Shown piece by piece: positions 29,463 to 39,076 of a DNA stretch of 44,565 nucleotides. The stretch's first letter is position 1. Every line of letters starts with the position of its first letter. The notes under the pieces were generated by a model. The model saw nothing but the letters and a program-made list of their open reading frames with translations. It searched no databases and was not told the DNA's origin. The position numbers and the translations under genes are program-made. Origin of the DNA: a bacterium (GTDB lineage Bacteria > DRYD01); contig JAOABG010000004.1 in NCBI GenBank assembly GCA_026418475.1, positions 2,806 to 47,370 on the forward strand, written 5' to 3'.

Positions 29463-31463
29463 ATGTTCGAGCTTGTTTCAAATTTCAATCTAACAAAAGC
29501 TCAGAAAGAATGTGTTGATCAAATAATTAGTAGTATAGAAAAAAATAAATTTACTACATTATTGGGAGTTACGGGATCTGGAAAAACTTTTATTATGGCT
29601 AACGTTATAGAAAGACTTCAAATTCCTGCTATTATAATATCTCATAATAAAGTTCTTGCTTCTCAATTATTTGGGGAATTTAAGAATTTTTTCCCTCGCA
29701 ATCAAGTGGAATTTTTTATAAGTTACTATGATTTTTATAGACCAGAAGCTTATATACCACAACAAGATTTATATTTTGAAAAGGAAGCAGTGATTAATAT
29801 GGTAATAGATAAACTTAGACACAGAGCTACACAAGCCGCTATATCTAATCCTTATTCTATTGTGGTTTCAAGTGTTTCTTGTATATATAACTTGGGATCC
29901 CCTGAGACTTACCAAGAGTTCTTTATTAATGTATATAAAAACAAAAAAATGGACATCACAGAATTCACTAAAATGCTGGTTAATATATACTATGAAAATA
30001 ATGAAAATGATTTTAAACAGGGTAGATTTATGGTGAGGGGAAATGTTGTTTATGTTTTTCCTTCAGGTGAGGACGTTGTATTGAGAATAGATCTTGAAGA
30101 AGATATTATATCTCATTTATTTTTGGTCGAGCCTGTCAGCTTTAAAAGGATATCTGAGGTTGATTTTTTTACAATATACCCTGCAAAATTGTTTGTGTCA
30201 TCATATGATAACATTATTAAATCAATTGAGGAAATAAAAACTGATTTATTGAAAAGATATAATGAATTGGTAGGTAATGGTAAAGTGATAGAAGCAGAGA
30301 GGTTAAAAACCAGAGTTGAGTATGATATCGCCATGTTATCAAAATTTGGTAGTTGTCCGGGGATTGAAAATTATTCCAGATATTTGTCTGGAAGGCCTCC
30401 TGGAAGCCCTCCTTATACCCTGTTAGATTATTTTTCTTCAGATTTTATCGCGTTTATTGATGAAAGCCATGTAACTATTCCACAGATCAGGGCCATGTAT
30501 AAATCAGATAGGAATCGCAAAGAAGTTTTGGTTGAACATGGTTTTAGATTACCCTCTTGTTTGGATAATCGTCCACTTAAGTTTGAAGAATTCATAGAAA
30601 AGGTTAATAGGGTGGTTTTTGTCTCCGCAACACCAGGTGAGTTTGAAGTTTCCAATAGTAATATCATTGAGCTTTTAGTAAGGCCAAGTGGAATAGTTGA
30701 TCCTGAAATAGTAATTAAGTCAAATAAAGATGTAATAAAAGAAATAATAGATATATCTCAGCAAGAAAAGAAGGAAAACAATAGAGTTATTGTTAATGTT
30801 TTAACTCAGAAGATTGCTGAAGATTTGAGTGAATATTTAACACTGAATTCAGTTCTTTCTACATTTTTACATTCAAAGATTAAACCATTGGATAGGTTAA
30901 AAATACTTTTTGATTTCAGAAAAGGTTTGTATGATGTTCTTGTTGGTGTTAATTTACTTCGTGAGGGGTTGGATCTACCAGAAGTTTCAGTCGTAATTAT
31001 AGCTAATGGTGATAAGCAGGGGTTTTTGAGAAGTAAAAACAGTATTATCCAATTGGCTGGTAGAGCAGCAAGAAATATGGCTTCAAAAGTGATAATATTC
31101 ACTGATACTATTACACCTGCTATAGCTCAAGCTGTAGAAGAGGTAGAAAGAAGAAGAAGATATCAAATGCAGTACAATGCGGAGAATAATATAACACCTC
31201 AAAATATACCTCCCAAACCTAAAGATATACTTAAAATTGTTTTTCAGCTTATAGGAAAAGAAGTTTCAGGTTTGACAATAAAAGATGTCGCCTTTTTGGA
31301 TGATGAGGAGTTTATAAAATATCTTAGCAGTATTAGTAAAAATCAAATAAATGAATTAAAAAGGTATCTAAAATTACAAATGAAAGAGTTAGCAGATAAT
31401 ATGGAATTTGAACAAGCAATAATAATGAGAGAAAAATTGAAAATTCTGGAGAATATTAAATAA
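29463..31463 (+). CDS. uvrB: Excinuclease ABC subunit B
   Basis: GVTGSGKT, SYYDFYRPEAY, GIENYSRY, DESH, GFRLPS and NLLREGLDLPEV motifs; C-terminal UVR domain. Confidence 0.98.
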   Translation: MFELVSNFNLTKAQKECVDQIISSIEKNKFTTLLGVTGSGKTFIMANVIERLQIPAIIISHNKVLASQLFGEFKNFFPRNQVEFFISYYDFYRPEAYIPQQDLYFEKEAVINMVIDKLRHRATQAAISNPYSIVVSSVSCIYNLGSPETYQEFFINVYKNKKMDITEFTKMLVNIYYENNENDFKQGRFMVRGNVVYVFPSGEDVVLRIDLEEDIISHLFLVEPVSFKRISEVDFFTIYPAKLFVSSYDNIIKSIEEIKTDLLKRYNELVGNGKVIEAERLKTRVEYDIAMLSKFGSCPGIENYSRYLSGRPPGSPPYTLLDYFSSDFIAFIDESHVTIPQIRAMYKSDRNRKEVLVEHGFRLPSCLDNRPLKFEEFIEKVNRVVFVSATPGEFEVSNSNIIELLVRPSGIVDPEIVIKSNKDVIKEIIDISQQEKKENNRVIVNVLTQKIAEDLSEYLTLNSVLSTFLHSKIKPLDRLKILFDFRKGLYDVLVGVNLLREGLDLPEVSVVIIANGDKQGFLRSKNSIIQLAGRAARNMASKVIIFTDTITPAIAQAVEEVERRRRYQMQYNAENNITPQNIPPKPKDILKIVFQLIGKEVSGLTIKDVAFLDDEEFIKYLSSISKNQINELKRYLKLQMKELADNMEFEQAIIMREKLKILENIK

Positions 31464-31570
31464 TTTTTGAAATTTTAGACAAAAATAAACGTGGTATATT
31501 TCCTGAACTTTGAAAAAATTATTGAGTTTAGTATTAATTGCCATAAAGAATAAAATATAAAAAATTATTT

Positions 31571-31587
31571 TTTACATTTTTTTTACA
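31571..31587 (+). promoter_or_regulatory. TTTACA-N5-TTTACA direct repeat upstream of the clostripain-like gene
   Basis: Exact hexamers at 31571 and 31582. Confidence 0.35.
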
Positions 31588-31656
31588 TTTTCAAACGATA
31601 TATTTGAGACGTAATAGCAAAACTAATAAAAATTATTCTTTTAAGGGGTGAAAAAA

Positions 31657-33468
31657 ATGAATATAAATGCAGTGAATGGATCTGTTAAACATAATTTAAT
31701 TAGTAAAAGTAATATTTCAAAATTTGAAGAAAAAGATGAAAAAGATTGGACCGTATTTTTATATCTTAATACAGAAGATGATAATTCTGTAAAAAATTTG
31801 ATGCTTAATCTCAAAATGCTTGAAATGGTAGGTTCTGATAAGAACTTGAATATTGTTGTCCAAGCTTATATACCTTCTTGGGGAAAGGTAAAGAGATTCT
31901 ATATAGAACAGAAAGAAAAATGGGAAACTTCAAAGCTCATAAAAATGGTACTATCTTCTCTTATTCCCTGGAAAAAATTTGAATTGGAGAACAAACCAGT
32001 TGAAGAATTGGAAAAGGTTAATTTAAATGATCCCAAAGTTTTTGAGGATTCATTAAAATGGGTGATAAAGAACTATCCTGCCAAAAAGCTAATGGTTATG
32101 ACTATTGGAGATAATGAGGGTTTGAAAACCTCTTCTGCGCAGGTAAGTATAAAGGATTTTGCAAAAAGTATTGAAAATGTTTATGCTGAAACAAAAGTTA
32201 AACCCGATGTTTTGGTTATGGATGGATCTTCTGTTGCTTCAATAGAAACAGTTACAGAATTAAAAGATAAAGCAAAGTATTTGGTTGGTACAAGTGGATT
32301 TGCTCCAAAACTTAATGTTCCATTTGCTATGTTTCTTAATGAAATGAAGAATCTTATAGATGGTGGCCCTAATGATGTGGAAAGTGTTATAAAATCATAC
32401 TTTCTTATTCATAATCTTTCAGGCGCAAGTTCTCAGACTACTGTTGTAGATTTATCAGATGAATCTATAGATGGAGCTGTTAAAGCTTGGGATCAAATGT
32501 CCAAGGAATTGCTAAAATTGGATGACCAAACTCTTGTAGATAAAATTCTACCTCTAATGTACAAGGCAGAGGATTTGGCCAATACTCCTGAAAGAAAACC
32601 TTATCTTGAAATGAGAGATGCAATTAGTTTTGCTAAGCTTGTATCTCAATCTGGTGATTTGCCACAAAGTTTGAGAAAAGCTGCTTATGATGCTGTCCAG
32701 AAGGTTACCAATATAGTTCATATGGAGAATAATTTGTATAAAAAGGAATTAGATCCAGATTCTAATGGAATTTCAGTTTTCATGCCAGATAATTTAGGTA
32801 ATTTCAAATCTGAAAAGTTTCCTATTCCTAAAGGATTCAAAAAGGATTATGGCTATTCGGAATTGTTATTTTCTAAATTGACCAATTGGGATGAATTTTT
32901 GAATAGAATTAGTCAAAAAGGAGTAATGGAGAAATTCTTGTTAAAGTTAGGTTTTTCCCAAAGTGTTATAGATAACATTTATGCTATAAGGAATCATTCT
33001 GTTAAGCTTTATAAAGATAAGATTTCGGGGTGGGCAAATTTAATGGCTTGGTTCAATGCTGTTAATAGGATTAGCAGTGATAAGCCGGTTGGGTTGTGGT
33101 TTATTCCACCATTTATTACACTGCCTTTGGGTATAATAAGTTCAGTTGAACAGATTTATAGTAATATTAAAGCTGCTAAGTACGTTTATGATAATATACC
33201 TCAAAAGGATATACTTGGAGTAATAGGCTTGGATGCTGCTCAGGGGTTAGCGAAGTTGATTGCCAATGTTTCTTATTTGGTCCCATTTTTAGCACCTGCA
33301 GCTCCTGCAGCAGGTCTGTTTACTTTCTTGTTGCCATGGATAAAGGATTTCTACAACGTATATTTGAATTACAAGAACAATAAAGAAAAATTTGTCTATA
33401 ATGATGTAACATTTGCAGATACTGCAAAAATGTATTTCCTTAATAAGTTTGCTAATATGTTAACTTGA
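31657..33468 (+). CDS. Clostripain (C11)-like protein lacking the catalytic His/Cys, with C-terminal hydrophobic segments
   Basis: KDWTVFLYL, MVGSDKNLNIVVQ, YPAKKLMV and SNGISVFMP match the C11 scaffold. AAGGGGTGA RBS favours ATG 31657. Confidence 0.8.
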   Translation: MNINAVNGSVKHNLISKSNISKFEEKDEKDWTVFLYLNTEDDNSVKNLMLNLKMLEMVGSDKNLNIVVQAYIPSWGKVKRFYIEQKEKWETSKLIKMVLSSLIPWKKFELENKPVEELEKVNLNDPKVFEDSLKWVIKNYPAKKLMVMTIGDNEGLKTSSAQVSIKDFAKSIENVYAETKVKPDVLVMDGSSVASIETVTELKDKAKYLVGTSGFAPKLNVPFAMFLNEMKNLIDGGPNDVESVIKSYFLIHNLSGASSQTTVVDLSDESIDGAVKAWDQMSKELLKLDDQTLVDKILPLMYKAEDLANTPERKPYLEMRDAISFAKLVSQSGDLPQSLRKAAYDAVQKVTNIVHMENNLYKKELDPDSNGISVFMPDNLGNFKSEKFPIPKGFKKDYGYSELLFSKLTNWDEFLNRISQKGVMEKFLLKLGFSQSVIDNIYAIRNHSVKLYKDKISGWANLMAWFNAVNRISSDKPVGLWFIPPFITLPLGIISSVEQIYSNIKAAKYVYDNIPQKDILGVIGLDAAQGLAKLIANVSYLVPFLAPAAPAAGLFTFLLPWIKDFYNVYLNYKNNKEKFVYNDVTFADTAKMYFLNKFANMLT

Positions 33469-33498
33469 ACGTTTATAAATTATTTTTTGAATTGCTAA

Positions 33499-33534
33499 AT
33501 AGAAAATTTTTTTAGTATAGAAAATTTTTTTAGT
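33499..33534 (+). repeat. 18-bp tandem direct repeat (ATAGAAAATTTTTTTAGT)x2
   Basis: Exact copies at 33499-33516 and 33517-33534. Confidence 0.8.
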
Positions 33535-33603
33535 AAATAAAAAAGGAGTTTTTTTTAAATTGTCAAAAACTAATTTAGGACTTTAAATTAGGGAGGTGAA
33601 ACC

Positions 33604-33672
33604 ATGGGTTGGTGGTGGCTGGTAGCTTTAGCAATAATATTGGTTGGTTTATCATATCCTGACGAGTTTTAA
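33604..33672 (+). CDS. 22-aa small membrane peptide MGWWWLVALAIILVGLSYPDEF
   Basis: Strong SD GGAGGTGA at 33592-33599, single hydrophobic helix, first position in a co-oriented gene run. Below the ORF-track cutoff. Confidence 0.7.
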   Translation: MGWWWLVALAIILVGLSYPDEF

Positions 33673-33705
33673 ATAAATCTCCAATATATTAAGGGAGGAT
33701 AAAAA

Positions 33706-34263
33706 ATGAATTGCCCAAGATGTAAGACATTTGGAAGTGTAGTGGAAATGAAGCCGTCTAATCTCAATAATATGGAGTTAGACTTATGTGAGGAATGTGG
33801 AGGAATATGGTTTGATAAACAGGAGTTGGGGAAAGCCACAAATATATCAAAAGAGGATATAGATAAATTTACCGAAGTTTTAGGGAATGCCAAAGAATTT
33901 GATAAATCTAAAGATACTGAGTTAGAATGTCCAAGATGTAATGTTCCTTTATTTAAATATAGATACATGTATACTTCCAATATTTATATTGATGGGTGTG
34001 ATAAATGTGAGGGTGTTTGGATAGATAAGGGTGAACTACTTGCTATAGTGAATTATTTGGAAGAAGCTTCTAAAGTTGATCCTGAAAAAGAGGCTGCCAT
34101 ATTAGCCAAAATTAAACAAATCAAACTTGAATATGAGCAAAGAGAAAAAGAATTTATGGATAGTTTAGTTACTCTTGATGACAGAGCAAGAAATCCTGTT
34201 TCCAGAGCTTTTGGTGAGGTTCTTCAAGCGATATATTCCTTCCTGTATAAAAGAGGACTATGA
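33706..34263 (+). CDS. Tandem zf-TFIIB zinc-finger domain protein
   Basis: Two CPRC...D.C..C.G.W.D..EL repeats. Confidence 0.9.
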   Translation: MNCPRCKTFGSVVEMKPSNLNNMELDLCEECGGIWFDKQELGKATNISKEDIDKFTEVLGNAKEFDKSKDTELECPRCNVPLFKYRYMYTSNIYIDGCDKCEGVWIDKGELLAIVNYLEEASKVDPEKEAAILAKIKQIKLEYEQREKEFMDSLVTLDDRARNPVSRAFGEVLQAIYSFLYKRGL

Positions 34264-34850
34264 AAAGAATGTTTCATCAGAAAGTCAAGGAGATAAGGTA
34301 TTGCCTGGACCAAGATCTAAAAAATATAGAAGGATTTTCTCAAGAAGAATCGCTGGTTATAAAGAAAATAGGTGAATTAATATATCAAAATGATAATATT
34401 TACCTGACAACGAATATCAGAAAACTGTGGAACACTTTTCAAGAAGAAAAGATTGATTTTGAAAGGTTTATTCAGATACTCAAGGATCTAAATGAAAAAG
34501 AGTTATTGGATATTAAATTTTTGGAAGATATAGTTTATTCATCGATTATAGTAAGTCCTGAACTGATGTTTATCTTTTACAAAAATTATATCCAGGAATT
34601 TCCCAAGCTTATAGAGTTGGTGATTTTCGAAATACAAGAAAAGGAGAATAGAGATAGTTTTAAAATTGCTGAAAATATTGGTATTAAACTTGTTGTTATT
34701 AACAACATTCTTGACTATATTAGAATGCGGGGAGTTATTGAATTAATGAGATACAGTGGAACTCCATTGCCAGGAGGTAAAAGTTTCATTATTCTTAAGT
34801 TTGATAAGGATAAAATTAATACTATAAAAAGGGAATTGACTAATTTTTAA
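34260..34850 (+). CDS. Hypothetical protein, probable tandem winged-helix
   Basis: ATGA-coupled to the upstream gene. Two wHTH-like segments (FIQILKDLNEKELL; KIAENIGIKLVVINNILDYIRMRGVI). Confidence 0.7.
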   Translation: MKRMFHQKVKEIRYCLDQDLKNIEGFSQEESLVIKKIGELIYQNDNIYLTTNIRKLWNTFQEEKIDFERFIQILKDLNEKELLDIKFLEDIVYSSIIVSPELMFIFYKNYIQEFPKLIELVIFEIQEKENRDSFKIAENIGIKLVVINNILDYIRMRGVIELMRYSGTPLPGGKSFIILKFDKDKINTIKRELTNF

Positions 34851-34853
34851 TGA

Positions 34854-35105
34854 ATGTCCAAAAAAAAGTATGTTCTTGTTGTGACTGAGATCAATTCTAA
34901 GTGGGTTAAATTGTGCTTTGAAGATGGGCAATTCATAACCATACCCAGAGAAAAACTTCCTGAGAATATGTATGTTGGTCAAGTTGTGGAAATATCAATT
35001 AAAACAACAACACTGCTTACTATTCTCAAAGAGATAGAAAATATTGCTAAAAAGGATAAAGATTTCCAGGGTGAGATAAACAGCTCGTCGGTTAAGATTG
35101 AGTAG
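34854..35105 (+). CDS. DUF3006-like small protein
   Basis: WVKLCFEDGQFITIPREKLPENMYVGQVV pattern. Confidence 0.6.
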   Translation: MSKKKYVLVVTEINSKWVKLCFEDGQFITIPREKLPENMYVGQVVEISIKTTTLLTILKEIENIAKKDKDFQGEINSSSVKIE

Positions 35106-35108
35106 TAA

Positions 35109-35993
35109 ATGAAGAGTTCTTTTTTCTTTGCTCATGGTCCTAATGCTTCCAGAATAAGAAAAATATCTAATGAAAGTAATATTACCACTGTTTGTGAGGA
35201 TGCCAGGTGTCCAAATAGGGGTTTGTGTTGGGAGAATCTGAGTGCCACTTTTCTACTACTTGGTCCTTTTTGTACTCGCTCATGTAGGTTTTGTTATATA
35301 CGTAAAGGTAAAACACAACCTGTTAATTATGAATCTATAGATAATTTTGCTTTTTCATTGGCAAGATTGAATCTCAAGTATTATACGTTTACTATGGTTA
35401 CGAGGGATGATTTACCTGATCATGGAGCTAAATACCTTTACATTTTGTTTTCTAAAATCAAAGAACTTAATCCTACTTGTTATATAGAGGTTTTGATCAG
35501 TGACTTGGGTGGCAGCTACGATAATTTGAAGATTATCCTTTATGAGAGGGGTTTGGTTGATGTTTTGGCTCATAATGTTGAGACAGTGAGAAGATTGACA
35601 CCTGTTGTTAGAGATAAGAGGTTTTCCTATGAAGGTAGCCTTAGTGTTCTAAGTATGGCAAAGCAGATAAATAGTTCTGTTGTTACAAAAAGCTCAATAA
35701 TTGTTGGACTTGGAGAGTGTGAAGATGAAATATATAAGACGATGGATGATTTAAGGGGTGTTGATTGTGATGCTTTAACTATTGGTCAGTATTTTAGACC
35801 TTCTTTAAAAAACATGGAAGTTAAAAGGGTTTACACTGAGCAAGAGTTCAAAATGATGGAGGATATTGCTATAAGCAAGGGTTTTCATTTTGTTAAAGCG
35901 GGTAAGAATGTTAGAACATCTTATAAAGCCTATGAGTTGATAAAGTTAATACAGTATAGAAAGGGAGGTTTTTATGGTCAGAGTGGAGTTTGA
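35109..35993 (+). CDS. lipA: Lipoyl synthase
   Basis: CX4CX5C (CEDARCPNRGLC), radical SAM CTRSCRFC, HNVETV and RTSY motifs. Confidence 0.96.
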   Translation: MKSSFFFAHGPNASRIRKISNESNITTVCEDARCPNRGLCWENLSATFLLLGPFCTRSCRFCYIRKGKTQPVNYESIDNFAFSLARLNLKYYTFTMVTRDDLPDHGAKYLYILFSKIKELNPTCYIEVLISDLGGSYDNLKIILYERGLVDVLAHNVETVRRLTPVVRDKRFSYEGSLSVLSMAKQINSSVVTKSSIIVGLGECEDEIYKTMDDLRGVDCDALTIGQYFRPSLKNMEVKRVYTEQEFKMMEDIAISKGFHFVKAGKNVRTSYKAYELIKLIQYRKGGFYGQSGV

Positions 35994-37374
35994 TCCAATG
36001 GGTGGTGTTGAGGTTCCATCTGATAAATACTGGGGTGCACAGACTCAAAGGGCATTGATGAATTTTAATATAAGTGGTAGGAAATGGGATCCTGAAATTA
36101 TCAAGTCTATTATACTTATAAAGAAGTCTTCTGCTGAAGTTAATAGAGATTTGGGATTGTTGGATCCCCAAAAAGCTGAATTCATAATAAAGGCTGCTGA
36201 TCATATTTTGATGAATTGGGATGTGTATTCTGATAATTTCCCTTTGGATGTTTTTCAAACGGGTTCTGGAACTTCCACCAATATGAATGTTAATGAAGTG
36301 ATTTCCAACTTGGCTTGTGAATTGGCTGGCAAAGAAAAGGGATCAAGGTTTATACACCCCAATGATGATGTTAATAAAGGACAATCCTCAAATGATGTGA
36401 TTCCTACTTCCATTAGGATTGCTTCCTATAAAATGGCTGTAAAACTGATATATAGAATTTTTGAATTGATTAATTCTTTCAAAGAAAAGGAGAGTGAACT
36501 TGATGGAATTATAAAGACAGGAAGGACACATCTTATGGATGCAACTCCTGTGTCTTTTTCCCAGGAGTTCTCGGGTTATAGAAGGCAGTTGGAATTAAGT
36601 GTCCAAAGGATAGAATCTGTATTTCCCAGATTAAGAGAGTTGGCTATAGGTGGGACAGCTGTTGGAACTGGAATAAACACTCACAAGGATTTCGGAAAAC
36701 TTGTTTCTAAAAAAATAAACGAGTATATGAAAAATGACATTCCTTTCAATCTATATCCTGAATTTATTGAATCTGTCAATCATTTTGAGACTCAGTCTTC
36801 TATAGATACATTCATAGAGTTTATGTGTTCTATGAAGATATATTGTTTAGCTCTTATAAAGATAACAAATGATTTGAGATGGATGGGTAGTGGTCCTTTT
36901 GGTGGGATAGGGGAGTTATTTTTACCTGAGCTTCAGCCTGGATCTTCAATTATGCCTGGTAAGGTTAATCCTGTTATTCCAGAAGCTGTGGGAATGGCTT
37001 GTTCTTACTGTATCGGATTGGAATACTCACTTAATATTGTTAATCAATATTCCAATTTTGAGTTATCCACTACTTTCCCATTGGTGGGTTTCGCTATAAC
37101 TGAATGTATTAATATACTTTGTAATTTAACTGATATAGTTAAAGATAAATTGGTGATTGGTTTGAAACCCAATCTTGAGAAAATAGAGTATGCTATTAGT
37201 TATAATCCTTCTGTGGTTACTCCTTTGGCTAAACTTTTGGGATATGATAGAGCTTATGAAATAGTGAAGAATGCTTTGAGAGAAAAGATTTCTGTAAAAA
37301 GTTACGTTTTGAAACATGGTATTTTATCTCAAGATCAAGTTGATGAGCTTCTGGATCTGAAGAAGATGATATGA
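35974..37374 (+). CDS. fumC: Class II fumarate hydratase
   Basis: WGAQTQR, QTGSGTSTNMN, HPNDDVN, GRTHLMDA and GSSIMPGKVNP motifs. Confidence 0.93.
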   Translation: MVRVEFDPMGGVEVPSDKYWGAQTQRALMNFNISGRKWDPEIIKSIILIKKSSAEVNRDLGLLDPQKAEFIIKAADHILMNWDVYSDNFPLDVFQTGSGTSTNMNVNEVISNLACELAGKEKGSRFIHPNDDVNKGQSSNDVIPTSIRIASYKMAVKLIYRIFELINSFKEKESELDGIIKTGRTHLMDATPVSFSQEFSGYRRQLELSVQRIESVFPRLRELAIGGTAVGTGINTHKDFGKLVSKKINEYMKNDIPFNLYPEFIESVNHFETQSSIDTFIEFMCSMKIYCLALIKITNDLRWMGSGPFGGIGELFLPELQPGSSIMPGKVNPVIPEAVGMACSYCIGLEYSLNIVNQYSNFELSTTFPLVGFAITECINILCNLTDIVKDKLVIGLKPNLEKIEYAISYNPSVVTPLAKLLGYDRAYEIVKNALREKISVKSYVLKHGILSQDQVDELLDLKKMI

Positions 37375-39062
37375 ATAACAGAAACTTTTATAGGATTTTT
37401 AAAAAACGTGTGGTTTTCATTTATTTATTTTTTTTGTTCTTTTGTATTTTGATTATCTATAAATTGGTGGAGGTTCATATTGTAAAGCATGAATTTTATG
37501 AAAAGAAATTTAGGGATCAGACTATAGGGAGGATAGAAATTCCTTCTTTTAGAGGAAGGATTGTTGATAGAAATAATATTGTTCTTGCTTATTCTTTACC
37601 TGCTTACAGTATTGCTATTAGGCCCAATCAATTGGAAATGGATAAAGTTGAAAATTTGTATAAGTTTTTGAAAGATAATGGAATTGATTTTGGAAATCGC
37701 GATGTTTTCCTGGGTTTGATAAAAAAGCTAAGGGATGAAAATGTACCTTTTTACTTTATAGCTCGCAAATTTTCCAATAGGATAGAACATTTGTCAAAAA
37801 TAAATTCTTTTAAAGGTATAGAATTGATCAGGGAACCTACGGGTAAAAGATATTACAACTTTGATTGTATGAGGGATATAATTGGAGTTGTTGATATTGA
37901 TGAAAAAGGTATAGAGGGTTTGGAACTTTATTTAGAACAGCACAACAGTAGGATAAAAGGTAAGAGTGGTTATTATGAGCTTATGTTTGACGCTCTCGGA
38001 AATCCGAATTATAATAGGATTATAGATTATAAACCTCCTGTGGATGGGAAAGATATAAGATTGTCTATAGATGTTGTTCTTCAGCAAGATATTGATGTTT
38101 TAGCCAGAAAGAAGCTTAAGGAACATAAGGCTTCTGAGGTTACAATCGTTGTTGCTAATAAAAATGGAGAGATACTGTCGTGTGTAAGTGTGGATAGAGA
38201 TATGAATGATTTTGTTATTGGTGGTATTAATAAGTTATATGAACCAGGATCTATATTTAAAATATTCACTGTTGTTGCAGCTCTTGAATCGGGATTATCG
38301 AATAAGGAGAAGTTCTTTAGTGGTCCTACGATTGTAATAGATGGATGGACGATAAACAACGCCGATGACGGGCTTTATACATCGGGTTATGAGAATATAG
38401 AAGATATATTAACATATTCTTTCAATGTTGGAACGGTCACTTTAATGCAACGAACTGGTAGGAAGAGGTTCATAGAGTATCTATATAAATTGGGTTTTTA
38501 TGAATATTCTGGAGTTGAGCACCCTTCTGATGTGAAACCTCTTATTGGTGAATTAAAAGACGAGCCCAATATAAGATTTGCCACTATTTCTTTTGGTCAG
38601 GGGATAGCTATTACCCCGCTTCATATATTGAGACTCATGGTTATAATAGCTAATGGTGGCTATAGAGTTCCCTTAACGTTTTTGAAAGACGGTAATTCTT
38701 TGGATAAGAGGGTTTTATCTGATTATACGGTTAGTGAATCCAGAAAATATTTGAGAAGTGTTGTTGTTAAGGGGACTGGAAAAAAAGCTGATATTCCCGG
38801 TTATTTTTGTGCTGGTAAAACAGGTACAGCTCAGATGCCAGCTCCTGATGGTGGTTATGCTTCTGGTAAATACATTGCTTCATTTGTGGGTTTTTTCCCT
38901 TATTTTGATCCACAATATGTTATTGTAGTTTCTGTTAAGGAGCCGGTGGGAATGTACTATGGTGGTCAAGTAGCTGCTCCCATATTTAGGGATACTGCTG
39001 CTTTAATCATATCAAGATATAATTTAAAACCTTACACTCAAAATGTTTTGGCTTCTCAGTAA
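37371..39062 (+). CDS. Class B penicillin-binding protein (FtsI/SpoVD-like)
   Basis: N-terminal TM; RGRIVDRN, G.EGLE, SIFK, SFN and KTGT motifs. Confidence 0.93.
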   Translation: MNNRNFYRIFKKRVVFIYLFFLFFCILIIYKLVEVHIVKHEFYEKKFRDQTIGRIEIPSFRGRIVDRNNIVLAYSLPAYSIAIRPNQLEMDKVENLYKFLKDNGIDFGNRDVFLGLIKKLRDENVPFYFIARKFSNRIEHLSKINSFKGIELIREPTGKRYYNFDCMRDIIGVVDIDEKGIEGLELYLEQHNSRIKGKSGYYELMFDALGNPNYNRIIDYKPPVDGKDIRLSIDVVLQQDIDVLARKKLKEHKASEVTIVVANKNGEILSCVSVDRDMNDFVIGGINKLYEPGSIFKIFTVVAALESGLSNKEKFFSGPTIVIDGWTINNADDGLYTSGYENIEDILTYSFNVGTVTLMQRTGRKRFIEYLYKLGFYEYSGVEHPSDVKPLIGELKDEPNIRFATISFGQGIAITPLHILRLMVIIANGGYRVPLTFLKDGNSLDKRVLSDYTVSESRKYLRSVVVKGTGKKADIPGYFCAGKTGTAQMPAPDGGYASGKYIASFVGFFPYFDPQYVIVVSVKEPVGMYYGGQVAAPIFRDTAALIISRYNLKPYTQNVLASQ

Positions 39063-39076
39063 AGGGAGGAATTATC

